The notes beneath the pieces are model-generated. The model was given only the letters and a program-made list of their open reading frames with translations. It made no database searches and was not told the DNA's origin. Both the position numbers and the translations under genes were made by a program. Positions 42,219 through 51,560 of a DNA stretch of 64,000 bases are shown one piece after another (the stretch's first letter is position 1; every line of letters starts with the position of its first letter). Origin of the DNA: Thermococcus sp. JdFR-02 (GTDB lineage: Archaea; Methanobacteriota_B; Thermococci; Thermococcales; Thermococcaceae); assembly GCA_002009975.1 (NCBI GenBank), contig MTLP01000042.1:192001-256000 (forward strand), given 5' to 3'.

Positions 42219-43658
42219 TCACCTTCTCTTTATTAAGAATAGTGCGAGCCCTATTAGTATTAAAGCACCAGCCACTGCAGCCATCTGTTTATAGTCCAAT
42301 TGCGTTGCTTTTTGTTCTGGAAGGGTGTATTTAATGTATGCTTTCTCAATTCCCTCAAAGAGAGCTTTAACATCTTCCTGATGTGCTCCATATCTTATAA
42401 AGATGTTCGCTGTAACTGAAATTGTGTTTCCATTAACCTTTGTAACTACGGTAAATTTATTCCCTTTTATTTCTCTGCTTATGTTCTTTGGAACTTCAAC
42501 TATAGTAGCGCTCTTCGGAAGTACAAACTCCATTTTTAATGTTTGATTGATCTCATTTTGAGACCTGTAGCCCAAATTATAGAAGGAATATCCCAATGTT
42601 GGATCAAAGGAGTATTCATAGGTCCCGTTGATGAATTTCGTGAAGTTCTGCAGGAGATATCTTGATTCAATCACGAGAGGTCCTTCCTCGTCTATTCCTT
42701 TGATCTCCACATTTGCACTTTGAACTGTGACAAATTTTGAAGCTAAGCCCCTAACATTGTTTTGCAGTATTAGGTTTGTTACATTTTCAACACCAAGTGA
42801 CTTTATTTGCGTCTTTATAAGTTCTACTCTCTCCTTTGGTTCAATGTATTTATCTTGAACAAAAAGTCTTGTAGTGCCATTTTCGAAGACTTCAGCTTTC
42901 AGATATTGCTCATTTTTAACTTTTTGATAGGTTTCTTCTCCAACTGAGGATGATGTATATCGGATGTAAAATCCTTCATACTCTCCAAAAAGTGCTTTAA
43001 ATCCTTCTGGAGATAAGTATGGTTCCAATATGATATCAGATGTAATTATAATCTTGTTACCCTTTACCTCAGACCTCACATAGAATTTGCTTTGATTAAA
43101 TTCTCTGCTAATTGGCTTTGGATACTCTATAAGCTCGGCATCACTTGGGAGTTCAATTACGAAATAATTATGGAGCTCAGTCTTATAGGGTAAACCTGTA
43201 TCTGGTATCTTAGCACTTGCATACCCTCTCGTTGGATCAACGATTATTTCCCAGTACCCATCGTAGGAATAATATTTAGCAAAACCCTCCGCATATGCTG
43301 AAAAGACTATAGTTAAGTTACCCTCTTTATCAACACCAAGTAGCTTTAAGGTTTGGTTTGATGTCTTTATGCCAAAATTGACTAAGCTGGCAATGTATCT
43401 ATCTAGTTGGGTCTCCTCATACTTTTTAATAGCCTCTTCCTTTGTCAAATTAGTTTGGTTTAGTATACGTGAGATTTCCTTTTTGATCTCATCCTTAGGT
43501 TCAAGCCAAGAAGTTTTCATGGTTATTTGAGCATCCCCATTTTCTAAAACCTTAATCTCAAATCTAAACTCCTCCTTATAGAAGGGAACTTCCGAATTTT
43601 GGGCATATACAACACCCAAAAGCAGCCCTATAAGCATCAAACTGAACAATCTTTTCAT
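42219..43658 (-). CDS. Cell-surface protein with two internal ~220-aa repeats and a C-terminal TM anchor
   Basis: Signal peptide; duplicated ENG...EPK, DPT.GY and LP..A..E.PK.ISRE motifs; TM plus KRR tail. Confidence 0.8.
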   Translation of the reverse strand: MKRLFSLMLIGLLLGVVYAQNSEVPFYKEEFRFEIKVLENGDAQITMKTSWLEPKDEIKKEISRILNQTNLTKEEAIKKYEETQLDRYIASLVNFGIKTSNQTLKLLGVDKEGNLTIVFSAYAEGFAKYYSYDGYWEIIVDPTRGYASAKIPDTGLPYKTELHNYFVIELPSDAELIEYPKPISREFNQSKFYVRSEVKGNKIIITSDIILEPYLSPEGFKALFGEYEGFYIRYTSSSVGEETYQKVKNEQYLKAEVFENGTTRLFVQDKYIEPKERVELIKTQIKSLGVENVTNLILQNNVRGLASKFVTVQSANVEIKGIDEEGPLVIESRYLLQNFTKFINGTYEYSFDPTLGYSFYNLGYRSQNEINQTLKMEFVLPKSATIVEVPKNISREIKGNKFTVVTKVNGNTISVTANIFIRYGAHQEDVKALFEGIEKAYIKYTLPEQKATQLDYKQMAAVAGALILIGLALFLIKRR

Positions 43659-43756
43659 TAAACTACACCTCCATTAAGGGACGTCTCGTCCTAAACATTA
43701 GCCGTATTTTGACTATTTAACCTTATCTCTAAGAAAAGCAGGAATGTTTAAGAACT

Positions 43757-44308
43757 TCAGATTTCCTTCTTTAAAAGCTCAAGCTCATCTATGAGCTCTT
43801 TAAAATAATCATAGAATTCACTCTGCTTTAAATACTCCAAAGCTTTCCAAAATTCCTCTAAATTTTGAATCCCGGACTTTTCATACTCATAGGCTTGAAT
43901 GAGCATTTCCAATTTATCAGCAAATCTGACTAATCTTCCTTCCAAGCTCGTTTCTTCTTCATATTCCTCAAATAGTTTAAAATATTCCAGTGATCTGCTG
44001 TTTAAGCTAATTAAAAGCTCCATTATGGCTTTTTTCTCAGCTTTCTTCTTGTCTATATATCTTTGAGCTTCAAGAGGCAGATCCGTTATCTTCGCTTCGC
44101 CTAGATCATGGAGAATTGATATTTTTAGAGCTTTTTCAACATCAATTTCAACTCCCCTCTCTTTCAACATATCGGCTAAAACAAGTGTAATTAGAGCAAC
44201 TCTATAAGTGTGATCAGCAACACTTTCAGGATTTTTAATTCCTCTCAACAGCCACCCCATTCGTGGAAGCCTCTTTAACTTTCCAGCTTCCAAAAAAAGA
44301 GTAAGCAT
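43757..44308 (-). CDS. HD-domain hydrolase (YfbR/5'-deoxynucleotidase-like)
   Basis: LKRLPRMGW, ESVADH, HDLGE..ITD and ADKLE motifs. Confidence 0.88.
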   Translation of the reverse strand: MLTLFLEAGKLKRLPRMGWLLRGIKNPESVADHTYRVALITLVLADMLKERGVEIDVEKALKISILHDLGEAKITDLPLEAQRYIDKKKAEKKAIMELLISLNSRSLEYFKLFEEYEEETSLEGRLVRFADKLEMLIQAYEYEKSGIQNLEEFWKALEYLKQSEFYDYFKELIDELELLKKEI

Positions 44309-44310
44309 CT

Positions 44311-44625
44311 CTACTCCTCCGTAACATAAAGAATTTTTTCTGTCTCAATTGCCTTCGCAACTATCCCATGTCCAATAAACCTGCCATAAACCCTAACTAT
44401 GTCTCCTCTTCCAAGATAAGGCGTTCCAGAAAACTCTATTTTCAACCCGTTTATGTGAAATATGGTCCTATAACTTGGTAATTCCATGGGTAAAAACTCA
44501 ACAATCGGCTTATCTTCAATTTTTCCCTCTAAGACAACATTCTTCCCCCTCATCTTGGGATTAGTTAAATCCTCCGATGTAACAATATAATAATAGTGAT
44601 GATCAAACTTTATACGCTTTGGCAT
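44311..44625 (-). CDS. Hypothetical protein, OB-fold-like
   Basis: GKNVVLEG...GDIVRVYG beta pattern; SD GGTGA. Confidence 0.6.
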   Translation of the reverse strand: MPKRIKFDHHYYYIVTSEDLTNPKMRGKNVVLEGKIEDKPIVEFLPMELPSYRTIFHINGLKIEFSGTPYLGRGDIVRVYGRFIGHGIVAKAIETEKILYVTEE

Positions 44626-44681
44626 CACTATCACCTACAAGTTTTAATTCCCTTATAGTGATATATTTAACGGTGGGAGAA

Positions 44682-45257
44682 GTGATAAAGGTTGCGATTA
44701 TTGGAGCAGAAAATGTTGGTAAAAGTACCCTCATGAACGCACTATTGGGCAGGAACATCTCGGAGATAGCACCGATTCCAGGAACGACTAAAGGGATTAT
44801 AAGAAGAGCTTTCGGAAAAGTAAAGATTCCAAAAAGCATTAAAAATCCCTTTGGAAGAGCTGACGAATTTGTGTTAATAGACACTGCAGGACTTTTTGAT
44901 CCTCAAATGGAGCTTAGGGGAAAAGTTCTAAGCGAAGAAAAGTTCAAGGAGATAATTAGAGAAATAACATCTTCAGATGTTATAATCCACATGATAGATG
45001 CACAGTTTGGATTACATAGGGGAATGGAAAAGCTTCATCATCTCCTAAAGTTCCGGTATGAAAAGCCAATTATAGTCGTAATAAACAAGATAGACTTAGT
45101 TCCCAGAGAAAAAGTTGAGGAGCTAAGGAGAATTGTTAAAAAGAGACTTGAGCAGGAACCAATTTTGTTGTCTCTGGTGACTTATGAGGGATTTAACGAG
45201 CTTTTAAATGCTTTGGTTTATTATGCTCAGTACGCAAAGAAAAATAGTTCCCTTTAA
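44682..45257 (+). CDS. Era-like small GTPase
   Basis: G1 GAENVGKST, G2 PGTT, G3 DTAG and G4 NKID. Confidence 0.9.
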   Translation: MIKVAIIGAENVGKSTLMNALLGRNISEIAPIPGTTKGIIRRAFGKVKIPKSIKNPFGRADEFVLIDTAGLFDPQMELRGKVLSEEKFKEIIREITSSDVIIHMIDAQFGLHRGMEKLHHLLKFRYEKPIIVVINKIDLVPREKVEELRRIVKKRLEQEPILLSLVTYEGFNELLNALVYYAQYAKKNSSL

Positions 45258-45471
45258 AATTTGCAAACTTTGATATGCCTTTCAATGTAATTAGACTATC
45301 TAACACAGCATATTCATTGGCAAGCTCTTCAGCGAGCTCTTTGGGTATGCCATTTTTAATTAGGGCTTTTCTGAATTTCCGCTTACTTCTTCTAACGGCT
45401 CTCTTCATTCCTGCAATATCCCATAGAATCTTTGGAACTAAGAATAAAACTCTAAAAAGGGAAATAATCAT
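45193..45471 (-). CDS. Hypothetical protein
   Basis: Coupled to the upstream gene; its F..ALIKNGIPKELAEEL motif resembles FYKELVGAGMDPDKAFEL in that gene. Confidence 0.6.
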   Translation of the reverse strand: MIISLFRVLFLVPKILWDIAGMKRAVRRSKRKFRKALIKNGIPKELAEELANEYAVLDSLITLKGISKFANFKGNYFSLRTEHNKPKHLKAR

Positions 45472-46055
45472 CAGAGCTCCTCCTCAAAATCCTCCCCTAT
45501 CTTTTTCTTCCCCAACTTTTTTAACTCCTCAAGTTTCTCAAGTTTGCCCATTTTCTCCTTCATGAAAGCCGCTACGAGAGTTTTAACTATATTAACACTC
45601 TCCATATACTCCTTTGTAAGTTCAAAGGCTTTATCTGGATCCATCCCTGCTCCAACAAGTTCTTTATAAAAGCTGGCAACATTCTTTCCAAACCTTTCTG
45701 CTTTTTCTGGGTCATAGGTTTCATTAATTAAATCTTTTATTGGACCAAATATTGAATCCATTATCTTGGGCAAGCTTTCAGATAAAACTCCCATGACCTC
45801 TCTAAGCTCTTCAACATCTTCCTTATCACTCTTTTTTCCAGCAACTTTAAATTCACTGAGCATGTCTTCAAGGATTTCAATTTTTCTTTCAAGCAGTTCT
45901 AAATCCTCCTCACTCTTTGCTTCTTTAAGTTGCTGAGTGAGATCTCTTATAGTTTCCTCAATTATCCCCTTAGCCCCTACTTCGCTTTCTATAGCGGCTA
46001 AAACTTTCTTTTTAATCTCTTCTTTAAACTCCTCTTCATCAAACATTTCCATCAC
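45471..46055 (-). CDS. Acidic coiled-coil hypothetical protein
   Basis: 194-aa ORF with SD GAGGTGA. Confidence 0.7.
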   Translation of the reverse strand: MMEMFDEEEFKEEIKKKVLAAIESEVGAKGIIEETIRDLTQQLKEAKSEEDLELLERKIEILEDMLSEFKVAGKKSDKEDVEELREVMGVLSESLPKIMDSIFGPIKDLINETYDPEKAERFGKNVASFYKELVGAGMDPDKAFELTKEYMESVNIVKTLVAAFMKEKMGKLEKLEELKKLGKKKIGEDFEEEL

Positions 46056-46066
46056 CTCGTTATCAT

Positions 46067-46510
46067 CTATATGTGCTCAAACTTAATTGGAATGCCGATT
46101 AATTCAAGCCACTTATTGAGCACTTCTTTTTTTAAAGTGTAGCACTTTCCTTTCTCGCCATCAACTTCACTAACAACCCCTAACTTCAAGAGGATCTCAA
46201 GTTTTTCCCTAACGGTATTTCGTGAACCTTTTCCTCTCCTTGCCTTCAACTCTCGAGCTATCTGGCTTATATTGGCTTTTTTAAGATCAAAAATTATCTT
46301 CACAATCTCCCTCGCTATTGGGTCATGTTTTATTTCTGGCACAACTATGTCTATGCTTAAATCTCCATGCTGGGCATAGAGGTTTATAAGCCTCAAATAG
46401 TTCTGTGCAAGCTGTGAAACAAGTTCAAAGCTTCTCATTAGCTCAGCCATTGCTTTTCTTAGACTCTCAACTTCCTTTGAGAGTTTCTCGACATCATTGT
46501 CTTCTGCCAT
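46067..46510 (-). CDS. Winged-HTH transcription regulator
   Basis: N-terminal coiled coil; NISQIARELK...SRNTVREKLEIL...GVV. Confidence 0.75.
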   Translation of the reverse strand: MAEDNDVEKLSKEVESLRKAMAELMRSFELVSQLAQNYLRLINLYAQHGDLSIDIVVPEIKHDPIAREIVKIIFDLKKANISQIARELKARRGKGSRNTVREKLEILLKLGVVSEVDGEKGKCYTLKKEVLNKWLELIGIPIKFEHI

Positions 46511-46640
46511 TCTGAGCACCATAACTAAGTTGTTTGGTCAAAAAATATAGAGGTTCTGATTAAAAATGACCACCAAAGACCGTGACTTATATTGATTAAT
46601 ATATTTGAAAGTAAATAAACCTTACTTAAAGTCAAAAGCA

Positions 46641-47603
46641 CTAATAATCTTCACTCTCGAGTTTCTCTTTAACGTACTCCGCTATAGCTTTTGCAACTGT
46701 TGGGGGAACAGCCTCACCAACGCTATCATACTGGACATCTCTTCCTCCCAAGAAGATGTGATAATCTGGATACCCCATTAAGCGAGCTTGTTCTCTTACC
46801 GTTAGAAGTCTATCATCGAAAGGATGAATAAACCTGCTTCCGCCTTTTACAGTTGGAGCAACCTTGTAAGGATGAAGTCTTGTCCAATTGGTAAATCTTC
46901 TTGTAGAATCTCCGAAATAATGCAAAGACTCTCCCCATCCCAGCGTCATTATTTTTCTACGCTTTTTGTAGGTTAGCGGAACATATTGGTGGTTTGGAAT
47001 TTCCAATGCCTCCGGAAGTCTTGGGTCTGGCAAATCTCCAATAGCTTCCCAAACTGTAATTCTCCTCCCAAACTTCTTTGGCTTAAGCTTTATGTTTGAA
47101 ATAAACACTCTTTTCCTCCTTTGTGGTGTTCCATAGTCTTGAGCATCTAAAATATTAAAATACACTTCATAACCGGCTTGCTCAAATTCGTATTTTAAAG
47201 CATCTTCAAGCTCTCCCTCTAAAACCTGAGGAACTTCCTCCATGACAAATACCTTTGGTTGCAAATCCTTAACAAATCTAATGAAATGCAGTACTAATTG
47301 CCCAATGGGGTCATTATAAAGCCTATCCAATGGGTTCTCTTTTCTCTTAAGACTTGCTGCTGTAAAAGGCTCACATGGAGGTCCTCCAATTAAAACGTCT
47401 GGAATTCCTACATCTCTAATAAGTTCAATAGCGTGAATCTTTTTGATATCTTCAATGTAGACTTTGACTTCAGGGAAATTATATTGATAAGTCTCTGCTT
47501 TAGGTTTAAAGTTCTCAACAGCTGCAAGAATTTTAAATCTCGCCTCTTTAAACCCCCTACTAAATCCTCCCGCACCAGCGAATAAATCAATAACCGTGTA
47601 CAT
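46641..47603 (-). CDS. DNA (cytosine-5) methyltransferase, orphan
   Basis: Motif I DLFAGAGG, motif IV GPPC, EEV, PQRRKRVF, RLLTVREQARL and GEAVPP. Confidence 0.9.
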   Translation of the reverse strand: MYTVIDLFAGAGGFSRGFKEARFKILAAVENFKPKAETYQYNFPEVKVYIEDIKKIHAIELIRDVGIPDVLIGGPPCEPFTAASLKRKENPLDRLYNDPIGQLVLHFIRFVKDLQPKVFVMEEVPQVLEGELEDALKYEFEQAGYEVYFNILDAQDYGTPQRRKRVFISNIKLKPKKFGRRITVWEAIGDLPDPRLPEALEIPNHQYVPLTYKKRRKIMTLGWGESLHYFGDSTRRFTNWTRLHPYKVAPTVKGGSRFIHPFDDRLLTVREQARLMGYPDYHIFLGGRDVQYDSVGEAVPPTVAKAIAEYVKEKLESEDY

Positions 47604-47676
47604 AAGTCTCACCAGAAGTACTAAGAGAGGCAAGATTTATAAGCATTTCAAGATACCAATAAGCGAGGCGAGACCG

Positions 47677-47964
47677 GTGGAGCGAGAGATAAGCGAAGAA
47701 AAAATTCAAAAATACTTTGAAATAACGAGAAAAGCCCTGGAAAAGCTTGAAATTGCAGTACATGAAAAAAGCCTCCTCTATTCTGTTGCAAAAGACTTTT
47801 TAACCATGGCGAAAAGCTATTATGAGGATGCCAAATACTATTACGAAAAAGGAGACTATGTCACAGCATTCGCTGCTTTAAACTACGCCCATGGTTTCAT
47901 TGATGCTGGAGTAAGACTTGGAGTGTTTAAGGGTGAAGACGACAGATTATTTGCTTTTGGGTGA
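47677..47964 (+). CDS. DUF357-like protein
   Basis: SYYEDAKYY...GDYVTAFAALNYAHGFIDAG. Confidence 0.8.
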   Translation: MEREISEEKIQKYFEITRKALEKLEIAVHEKSLLYSVAKDFLTMAKSYYEDAKYYYEKGDYVTAFAALNYAHGFIDAGVRLGVFKGEDDRLFAFG

Positions 47965-47973
47965 GGTGAGAAG

Positions 47974-48363
47974 ATGGGGGATTATATAGTGGTGTTGGAA
48001 GCACCAATAATCGTGAGAGATGTCGAAACGGCAGAAGATGCAATAAACGTTGCTGTCTCAAAAGTCGCCAAGGCTTTGAATAAAGAAAAGCTTGATTTTG
48101 TGAAAGTTGAAATAGGCTACTCCCAATGTCCCGTGTGTGGAAGCCCCTTTGAAAGTGCCTTTGTGATCGGGAATGTTGGGCTGGTAGGGATTTATTTGAC
48201 GCTTAAAGTTTTTAATGCACAGAGTTTAGAGCATGCAGAGAGAATTGCAAAAGCTGTTGTTGGAAAAGCCTTAAGAAAAGTTCCGTTAAAGGTTTTTGAA
48301 ATCAAGGAAATGCACAATGGAAGAGAAGGGGAAGGAGTCCGTTTTGAAGGATCTCAAAACTAG
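47974..48363 (+). CDS. UPF0212/DUF555-like protein
   Basis: VVLEAP, DAINVAVS, CPVCG and HAERIAK motifs. Confidence 0.8.
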   Translation: MGDYIVVLEAPIIVRDVETAEDAINVAVSKVAKALNKEKLDFVKVEIGYSQCPVCGSPFESAFVIGNVGLVGIYLTLKVFNAQSLEHAERIAKAVVGKALRKVPLKVFEIKEMHNGREGEGVRFEGSQN

Positions 48364-48389
48364 CTCCCTTTAATTTAAAAAAGAAAAAG

Positions 48390-48590
48390 CTAAGCTTCAA
48401 TAACTGCTATCACTTGTCCCTGAGAAACCTCTTCATTTTCTTTTATCAAAATTTTCACCCTTCCACTCGCTGGAGCGTTTATATGCATGGTAACCTCTTC
48501 TATCATGACTTCAGCTATCTCCTCTCCTAATTTGTATTTTAGAAAAGCTAGATTTTCATCGAGAATTATTAAAAAACAGAAAAACATCAC
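48390..48590 (-). pseudogene. Degenerate lipoyl/biotinyl domain lacking the attachment Lys
   Basis: GEEIAEVMIEEVTMHINAPASGRV...V.QGQVIAVIE aligns with 52725-52970 (ESEKITGEIEAPASG) but has E (GAG) at the Lys position; the N-terminal strands are missing. Confidence 0.6.
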
Positions 48591-48895
48591 TTGAAGATCT
48601 CATCGCCGCTCTTGTTTTCTAATCCTGGATGGATGTCAAACCTTACAACCCCAACTGGAACTTTTCCTTTTATTGCTTCTACTACTTTTGCCACCCCAAC
48701 ATGTCCAAATCCGCCGCAAAGTTCAATAGCAACGATCCCATCTTCAACAAGTTCTTTTGCCACCTCACAAGCTTCGTTATAATTTTTAACTCCAACTACG
48801 TGGAGTTCTACAATCGGTGTTGCAACTACAGCTCTGTGCTTTTTAGGGTCTGCCTCAGGGGCTACAAATATAAAGGCCGCTTTAAGCTCCCCCAT
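48587..48895 (-). CDS. Small conserved protein (DUF6506-like)
   Basis: AFIFVAP...IELCGGFG...VGVVRFD.HPGL motif. Confidence 0.65.
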   Translation of the reverse strand: MGELKAAFIFVAPEADPKKHRAVVATPIVELHVVGVKNYNEACEVAKELVEDGIVAIELCGGFGHVGVAKVVEAIKGKVPVGVVRFDIHPGLENKSGDEIFK

Positions 48896-48930
48896 AGCCT
48901 TAATTCCTCCTTACGTTTTTACAATTTCAT

Positions 48931-49962
48931 TTACTCTTCCCACGACCAGGAAGGTGGAAATCCCGTTCTCTTTGATGGGAAGCATAGAGGTATCACAAAT
49001 CCCCAATGCACTCCAGCATACGCTAATACAAATGCTTGAAGCAAGTAGTAAGTATCTTCAGGAGAAGTTGGAGGCCATATGGATTTGGTTATTGCGATGC
49101 TCACCAAAACTGCTATGATTTGTATTATGATCACGCCTATGAGTCCTACAATAGCACCCAACGTTGGTGGCTTAATTTTTCTCCAGGGCCAGCCTTCAAA
49201 TATTACAAATACGCTCCAGTTAAAGCTACATCCCGCTCCAAACCATATTAAGAAGTATAGTGAGTACCCGCCTATTAGTGAAGCATATGGATTCTCTAAA
49301 GAGAAGTTAAAATATCCAAGTAATGATGCAAATGCTATTATTAGGAACACTACAGCCAGATTTATTGCCCAATATGTGATACCTGCTTCACCCTCTTTCA
49401 TATCTTTAGTCCAGTATGCTATAATACCTGAACCCAAAAGCCATTGGGTAGGAATAAACCACCATGCGGGCATAAGTCCTGGTTTGGGTAATACTATTAT
49501 TGTCACTATGACTAGTGAATACCAAAGTAAAAGATCCAATACTGTTTTTTTAGGCGGTGCAACTTTACCCCATAAATGGAATGAAAAGTCTGTTACTACT
49601 ATCCAAAAAAACAATCCTGCTAGTATTGGGAATCCATATGTTCCTAGATCAATTATCTTATCAGCCAGCCACCAACACAGCACTCCCAAGAACCAAGCCA
49701 CACTGAGCATCGTAATGCCACGAGCCCACCAATTCTCAATTTTGTTAAATGGCCAGTAGCCCCATACTACGAATGCAAAAACCCACCATAGAGCCCATAG
49801 ATACGTTCCAACTATATCAAGCCACTCTATATCGCAAATGGAAACTCTAGTAAACACCAAATGACCGATCCACCAGTTTAGTACAGAAGCTATAATTACA
49901 GCGAGCATTACTGGCCAATGATATCCCCATTTTAGTTTTTCACCTTTTTCTATCTCAACCAA
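48931..49962 (-). CDS. Trp-rich multi-pass membrane protein, putative transporter
   Basis: About 10 TM helices; repeated WGYWPF / FEGWPW motif; SD GGAGG. Confidence 0.7.
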   Translation of the reverse strand: MVEIEKGEKLKWGYHWPVMLAVIIASVLNWWIGHLVFTRVSICDIEWLDIVGTYLWALWWVFAFVVWGYWPFNKIENWWARGITMLSVAWFLGVLCWWLADKIIDLGTYGFPILAGLFFWIVVTDFSFHLWGKVAPPKKTVLDLLLWYSLVIVTIIVLPKPGLMPAWWFIPTQWLLGSGIIAYWTKDMKEGEAGITYWAINLAVVFLIIAFASLLGYFNFSLENPYASLIGGYSLYFLIWFGAGCSFNWSVFVIFEGWPWRKIKPPTLGAIVGLIGVIIIQIIAVLVSIAITKSIWPPTSPEDTYYLLQAFVLAYAGVHWGFVIPLCFPSKRTGFPPSWSWEE

Positions 49963-50022
49963 GTTTTTCGCCTCCTATGTTTTAAACAAAGAATTAAGAA
50001 GAGAGTAGATACCCTTGCATAC

Positions 50023-50535
50023 CTACTCCTTTGATTCTTTTTCAGATTCAGGCGGGTATACCGCATCAGGTTCTGGCCACTCAAAGTCTGGTGGCATGTT
50101 GTAAATTTCTGCAATAAACTTTAGATTTTCCTCAGTGGTTAGATAAGTGTAAGTAAGGCCATACCATGTACCGCCTTGTAAGATCTTGTGACCTTTAGCG
50201 CGGAAGAATTTCATGGCTTCCTCATAATTATCAACTGCAAATGCCACATGATGCAATCCTTCTCCACAAGTGCGTAGAAACTCTGCATAAATGCTTTTTT
50301 CATCTTTAGGCTCGATTAGCTCCCATTGAACATTGCCGATATTACAAAGAGCAATACGCATAGCATAATCTTCCCTTTTTTCCCTGATAATCATGTTTTC
50401 CACAGTTTTTGGGTCAAATTCATATATTTTCCATGGTCCTATACCATACTCATCAGCATATTTTTTAACTGCTTCATCTAAATCTCTCACTACTACAGCT
50501 ACTTGGAGCACATTTTTAAATATGGGCTTCTCCAC
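50023..50535 (-). CDS. VOC-family protein (methylmalonyl-CoA epimerase/glyoxalase-like)
   Basis: QVAVVVRDLDEA, GIGPW, WELIEP and GEGLHHVAF motifs; SD GGTGA before GTG 50535. Confidence 0.85.
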   Translation of the reverse strand: MEKPIFKNVLQVAVVVRDLDEAVKKYADEYGIGPWKIYEFDPKTVENMIIREKREDYAMRIALCNIGNVQWELIEPKDEKSIYAEFLRTCGEGLHHVAFAVDNYEEAMKFFRAKGHKILQGGTWYGLTYTYLTTEENLKFIAEIYNMPPDFEWPEPDAVYPPESEKESKE

Positions 50536-50576
50536 TATTTTCACCTTCTTCTCACGTCTAAAAATAAAAAACAAAA

Positions 50577-51560
50577 TTAAAGAACATCTCTAACAGCTTT
50601 TTCAATCTTTTCAGAACTTGGTATCCACTCTTTCTCTAGAGCCGGGCTAAATGGAACTGGCGTTGCTGGAGGTGTGATTATCTTAACCGGAGCTTTTAGA
50701 GCATCAAATGCTTTACTTACAGCCAATGCCGCGATGTCTGTTGCAAAGCCACATCTTGGATACCCTTCATCTACAACAACTAATCTCCCAGTCTTCTTTA
50801 TGGAATTGAGTATTGTATCAACATCTAAAGGCACCAAAGTCCTTGGATCAACTACTTCAACACTTATACCCTCTTCTTCGAGCTTCTTTGCAACCTCTAA
50901 TGATTTATGAACCATCGCCGCTGTTGCAACTATTGTAACATCCTTTCCTTCTTTCTTAATATCTGCCTCTCCTAATGGAATTGAATAAGGTTCTTCTGGG
51001 ACTGGACCTTTAATGCCATAAAGCCCTTTATGTTCTATGAAAACTACTGGATCATCATCCTCAATTGAGGAAATTAGCAATCCTTTTGCATCATAAGGAG
51101 TAGATGGCATTACCACCTTAAGTCCAGGTACATGGATAAAAAGTGCATGGAGTGATTGTGAGTGCTGTGCAGCTGCTGCAAATCCTGCTCCACAGGTTGT
51201 TCTTAAAACCATAGGAATTTTAGCTTTTCCACCGAACATATATCTTATCTTTGCAGCTTGGTTGTAGATTTGGTCATAGGCAACTCCTAAGAAATCTATG
51301 AACATGAGCTCCACTACCGGTCTCAAAAGACCTGCAGCAGCTGCTCCTACAGCGGTTCCAATAAAGCCACTCTCTGCGATTGGGGTATCCTTAACTCTCT
51401 CTGATCCATATTTTTCATAAAGCCCTTTTGTCACTCCAAATATTCCTCCATAAACTCCCACGTCTTCACCCATGACAATAACTTTTTCATCTTTTGACAT
51501 CTCGTAATCTAGAGCTTCATTGAGAGCTTCTGCAAAAGTGATCTCTCTCACCACTGCCAT
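50577..51560 (-). CDS. acoB: Acetoin/2-oxoacid dehydrogenase E1 beta subunit
   Basis: GEDV..YGG, DTPIAE, ELMFIDF, AAQHSQ and DPRTLVPLD motifs. Confidence 0.85.
   Translation of the reverse strand: MAVVREITFAEALNEALDYEMSKDEKVIVMGEDVGVYGGIFGVTKGLYEKYGSERVKDTPIAESGFIGTAVGAAAAGLLRPVVELMFIDFLGVAYDQIYNQAAKIRYMFGGKAKIPMVLRTTCGAGFAAAAQHSQSLHALFIHVPGLKVVMPSTPYDAKGLLISSIEDDDPVVFIEHKGLYGIKGPVPEEPYSIPLGEADIKKEGKDVTIVATAAMVHKSLEVAKKLEEEGISVEVVDPRTLVPLDVDTILNSIKKTGRLVVVDEGYPRCGFATDIAALAVSKAFDALKAPVKIITPPATPVPFSPALEKEWIPSSEKIEKAVRDVL

Noticed and set aside
46535-46572. TGGTCA-N26-TGACCA inverted repeat before the HTH gene
   Set aside because: Only 6-bp arms with a long spacer; compatible with chance.
49079-49759. 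226-aa plus-strand ORF, and the many other antisense ORFs in the track
   Set aside because: They are shadows of well-supported genes on the opposite strand, with no recognisable motifs or SD.
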